From Octopus vulgaris (Eukaryota), in contig OX597819.1 in NCBI GenBank assembly GCA_951406725.2, forward strand, positions 71,982,001-72,046,000: a stretch of DNA of 64,000 bases. Reading direction: 5' to 3'. A model generated the notes under the pieces. That model saw only the letters and a list, made by a program, of their open reading frames with translations, made no database searches and was not told the DNA's origin. The first letter of the stretch is position 1, and each line of letters begins with the position of its first letter. Positions 59,819-64,000 of this stretch are shown here, in pieces. The position numbers and the translations under genes were made by a program.

Positions 59819-60954
59819 AATCAACATTACGGGTTCCATTACACGATACATGAATAGCTGGAAACATGCATGTTACAGTTAGCGACAGTCCAAATACCTC
59901 TCGTTTTTCTTTGTCAATCTTCGCTTCAACATATCTGGTTTTATATGATTTATCTGTTATGGAAGTTATTATTTCGCTATGAGACGCAAGTTTCTACTGC
60001 CTAAATCATTCGACACGAGCTGGAGTCGTTCTGTTTATTTTTTGCATTTATTACATAATGCTTAATGAAAAGGTTTTCTAAATTTAATGAAGGACCAACA
60101 TTATCTATCCTTTCTTCATAGAGAAATATCTAAAAAGGCTTGTCAGACTACTTCATGGTCTCAACAGGCCAAACAGAAAAGGCGTTACCGTGGAAAATAG
60201 CGAGAGAGATGCTCTGGAACAGCCACTCTGACTCACAATGCTCACATTTGCGGATAACCGTTTCTGCCCCTGTAGTTCTAAGCAGGGAAGTGACCCGGGG
60301 GCCGAAACAGGTACTCTGAATATTTATTGAGACCTACAATAAAGTAAAATAGAAGTAAATTTCACAAAAAGTAAAACAAAAATCGTCTCTTCAATGCTTA
60401 ACTATTGGATGAAATTTGTCGCCTGAGGCTGGTGAGTTCAGAAACCTCTCTGAGAAGCTCCTTGGTTAGAGTGTAATGGTCCATTCTGACCGAGAATAGC
60501 TGACATATAAAATTGTGTAACTCTTGCCATTATTTTATTATTTTAGTAACCATTTTAGATTCACTAAGGCCACCCCCCGCCTTGATCAGCACCCTGTCTA
60601 GATCGTCTTCTTGCTTCTCATATATGTCTTTCATCAACGTCTTGCGAAGGGCCATGAAAACCATTTTATTTGGCAGAGGCATGGCCTTCCCTTCACCAGA
60701 GAGGTGAGAGGTTTCTCTTTTGAACAGAAAAGGAATGTCTGTCATAGGAAATGAATTTTCTCCGAATCTTAGAGTGTCTCCTCTTCTCATATAAGTTGCA
60801 TCCCTCCTCGTATTTTTCAAACGTTCTTCCGGAAATGGTTTCTTTTTCCAAAAACATCTGCCAATTCCCTTCGATCTCTACCGGGCGTCCATCCTCATAA
60901 TGCGACTAGGGCGGTGTTATGGAAATTCATGATAGTTCGCTTCCCACTGTTATA

Positions 60955-61239
60955 GCTGGTGGTGGTGGTCTTCGTCGTCGTCGCCGTCGTGGTGGTGGCG
61001 GCGGTGATGGTAGTAGTAGTAGTAGTGGTGGTGGTGGTGATGGTGCTGGTGGTGGTGGTGGTGGTGATGGTGCTGGTGGTGGTGCTGATGGTACTGGTGG
61101 TGGTAGTGGTGGTGGTGGTGGTGGTGGTGTGGTGGCGGCGGCGGCGGCAGCAGCGGCTATGGCAGCGGCGGCATTGGCAGTGGTAGCAGTGGCAGCGGCG
61201 GCAGTGGCGGCGCAGTGGCGGCGCAGTGGCGGCGCAGCG

Positions 61240-61274
<35 letters not shown>

Positions 61275-61281
61275 TGTTGTT

Positions 61282-61327
<46 letters not shown>

Positions 61328-61328
61328 A
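60955..61328. repeat. Compound GC-rich triplet tract (GGT/GGC/GCA/GTA)
   Basis: Direct reading. Confidence 0.9.
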
Positions 61329-61904
61329 AAGGCTAAAGAACGTGCTTACACGCTGAAGGTAACAAACGACTTATCAACCAGCCAGCCAGCGAGCCAACCA
61401 GCCAACTTGCCGGCCAGCCAGCCAGCCTGCCGTTTAGCCAGCCAACGCGCCGGTCAGCCAGACAACTGGCGCTCTCCGGTCCTATGTATAAATTTCCGTG
61501 TCTAATAAAATACAAACACTGCGCCGCACTGATGTGAGTGAAATGGCTCGTTTATTAGAGTCGGTACAAATCGAACAAGTCAAATAGAAGCGAAGTGCAA
61601 GCTTTCACAGAAAGTGTTCTGGCAAGGTTATTAAATTAGAGTGAATAGTGATAGGAAGAGGGGGAGAGAAGAGAGAGAGAGAGAGAGAGAAACAGACAGA
61701 GAGAGCGGGCTGGGAGAGATGGTAATTGATAGTGAAGCAGGGGAAAGTGATATTAAAAGGGGAGTATCGGGCAGAGTAGGAATTATTGAGTGTGTTGTTA
61801 TAAAACGCTGCTCTTCTGGGTTTCTCTCACTCACTACTAACATGAAATATCATGTCATCCAGTAATTGCTTTAGCCAAGTTTTCAGCTTTTATTTCATTA
61901 TACG

Positions 61905-62450
<546 letters not shown>

Positions 62451-62694
62451 GCGCACGCGTGTGTGCACGTGCGTATTATATGTGTTTGTCCCCCGTCACC
62501 AGTTGACAACAGGTGTTGGTTGTCTTTACGTCCAGGTAACTTAGCGGTTTGGCAACGCCACTGACAGAATAAGGGACAGGCTTTATAGAAAAAAGGTACT
62601 GCGTTCGATTCGTTCCTCTCAAATTCTTCAATTATGTGCCACAGCATGACCGCAGTTCAACGACTGAAACAATTAAAATAAGATAAAAGATGTA

Positions 62695-62992
62695 TGTATG
62701 GCTTAGTGGTTAGGGCATACGGCTTACGATTGTAAGGTCCTGAGTTCAATTTCCGGTGATGAGTCGTGTCCTTGGGCAAGATACTTATCTCACGTTGCTC
62801 CAATCCACTAAGCTGGTAATAATGAGTAGTACCCCTTGTCACGTTCTTTGTCACGCTGAATCTCCCTGAGAACTACATTAAGGGTTCACGTAGTCGTAGA
62901 GTGCTTAAGTACTTGCACATTAATTTCACGAGCAGGCTGTTCCCTTGATCACTTCAACTGGAGCCCTCGTCGTCGTAACCGACGAAGTACCA
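62695..62992 (+). mobile_element. tRNA-headed SINE with E-type body and D-type tail
   Basis: Body CTTGGGCAAGATACTTATCTCACGTTGCTCC; tail CCCTCGTCGTCGTAACCGACG. Confidence 0.75.
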
Positions 62993-63029
62993 TATATATG
63001 TATACATACATACACATATATACATATAA

Positions 63030-63081
<52 letters not shown>

Positions 63082-63178
63082 CGTTTGCTAAATTTTCTTT
63101 TGCTAAATATTCCTTTCTTAGTGGTAAGACCAAAGGGGGTCGACTTCTAGCATAATAGATATCCACTTAGTGGTCATT

Positions 63179-63281
<103 letters not shown>

Positions 63282-64000
63282 ATAATAAGACAGGACAAGG
63301 AGAATCTGGTTTTCTCTACAACCCTTCACTTTTTTCTTTCCCTTTCTCTTACTCCTCCTCCTCCCTCCCGTCGCAGACACGCAACGAGAAGGCTACTACT
63401 GTTTTTCTGACCTGGCTTCCTTCAAGTGTGGACGGCTTTCCTTGTCTCTCTCGCTGTCTTCAAAGCGTTCAAAATATTTTCTCATTCGTTCTGGCTTAAC
63501 AGCCCTCAATGTTCGTGTTACTGTTATTCTCCTTGTCCTGTCTTTTACTGTTTATATTTTGTATTGTTTTTACTGTCCTGGTTTCGTTACCATCTTTACC
63601 CCTCCGCAAAAAAATCTCAAATTTTATTTAATTTGCTCTTGCGGGAAGGACTGTTTCACTGAAGTCGTGTCTCGCCTTTACCTTCGAACGCGGAGTAGAT
63701 GAAACACAGGCGGCTGAAGAAGGGGAATGTTCCTTAGTGTTGTATGTCTTGTACTCTCTTTTTTTTTTCGTTGTTTTAGAAAAATGTCCACTTCTTTGGT
63801 TTTGTGTTTATGTTTTCGTTTCTCATTGTGTTTGACGTTTTTTTTTTTTGATGTTCTGTACCCATATATGCATGTTTATATACATATATATGTAGTTACG
63901 TACATATATGTATGTATATATGTATATGTTTTATTTATTGTTTTGTTATTATATGATAGAACACACGCATCCTCTTCTAAAGTAAGTTTTTATATTTATA

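Noticed and set aside
60530-60820. 96-aa non-repetitive minus-strand ORF
   Set aside because: No recognisable motif or splice context; cannot be assigned without a search.

Overview
Repeat-saturated eukaryotic (animal) DNA. No rRNA, true tRNA, CRISPR array or intact autonomous transposon is present. The SINE families and microsatellite load resemble an octopus/cephalopod genome; this is from recall and is not verified. Almost all ORFs in the track are translations of microsatellites. The interpretable content is mobile DNA: three R4/Dong-like restriction-like-endonuclease (RLE) retrotransposon pieces bounded by (TAA)n, one of them internally deleted with an in-frame RT-less ORF; four young Tx1/L1-type LINE 3' ends, each bounded by (GATA)n on both sides, plus an older relative ending at (GAT)n; a decayed Penelope-like element (RT + GIY-YIG); Tc1 (DD34E), mariner, hAT and pogo-type MITEs; non-autonomous Helitrons; and several tRNA-headed SINE families. 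The most striking unannotated signal is a dense set of type I hammerhead-ribozyme (HHR) motifs from several unrelated families. Two are essentially complete (18668-18732 -, 34882-34956 +), and a four-copy element appears to join a tRNA-derived head, an (AAT)n linker and a hammerhead. A few short unique segments with canonical minus-strand splice signals may be exons of a host transcript (low confidence). Region ~24.6-26 kb looks like an assembly or polishing artefact.
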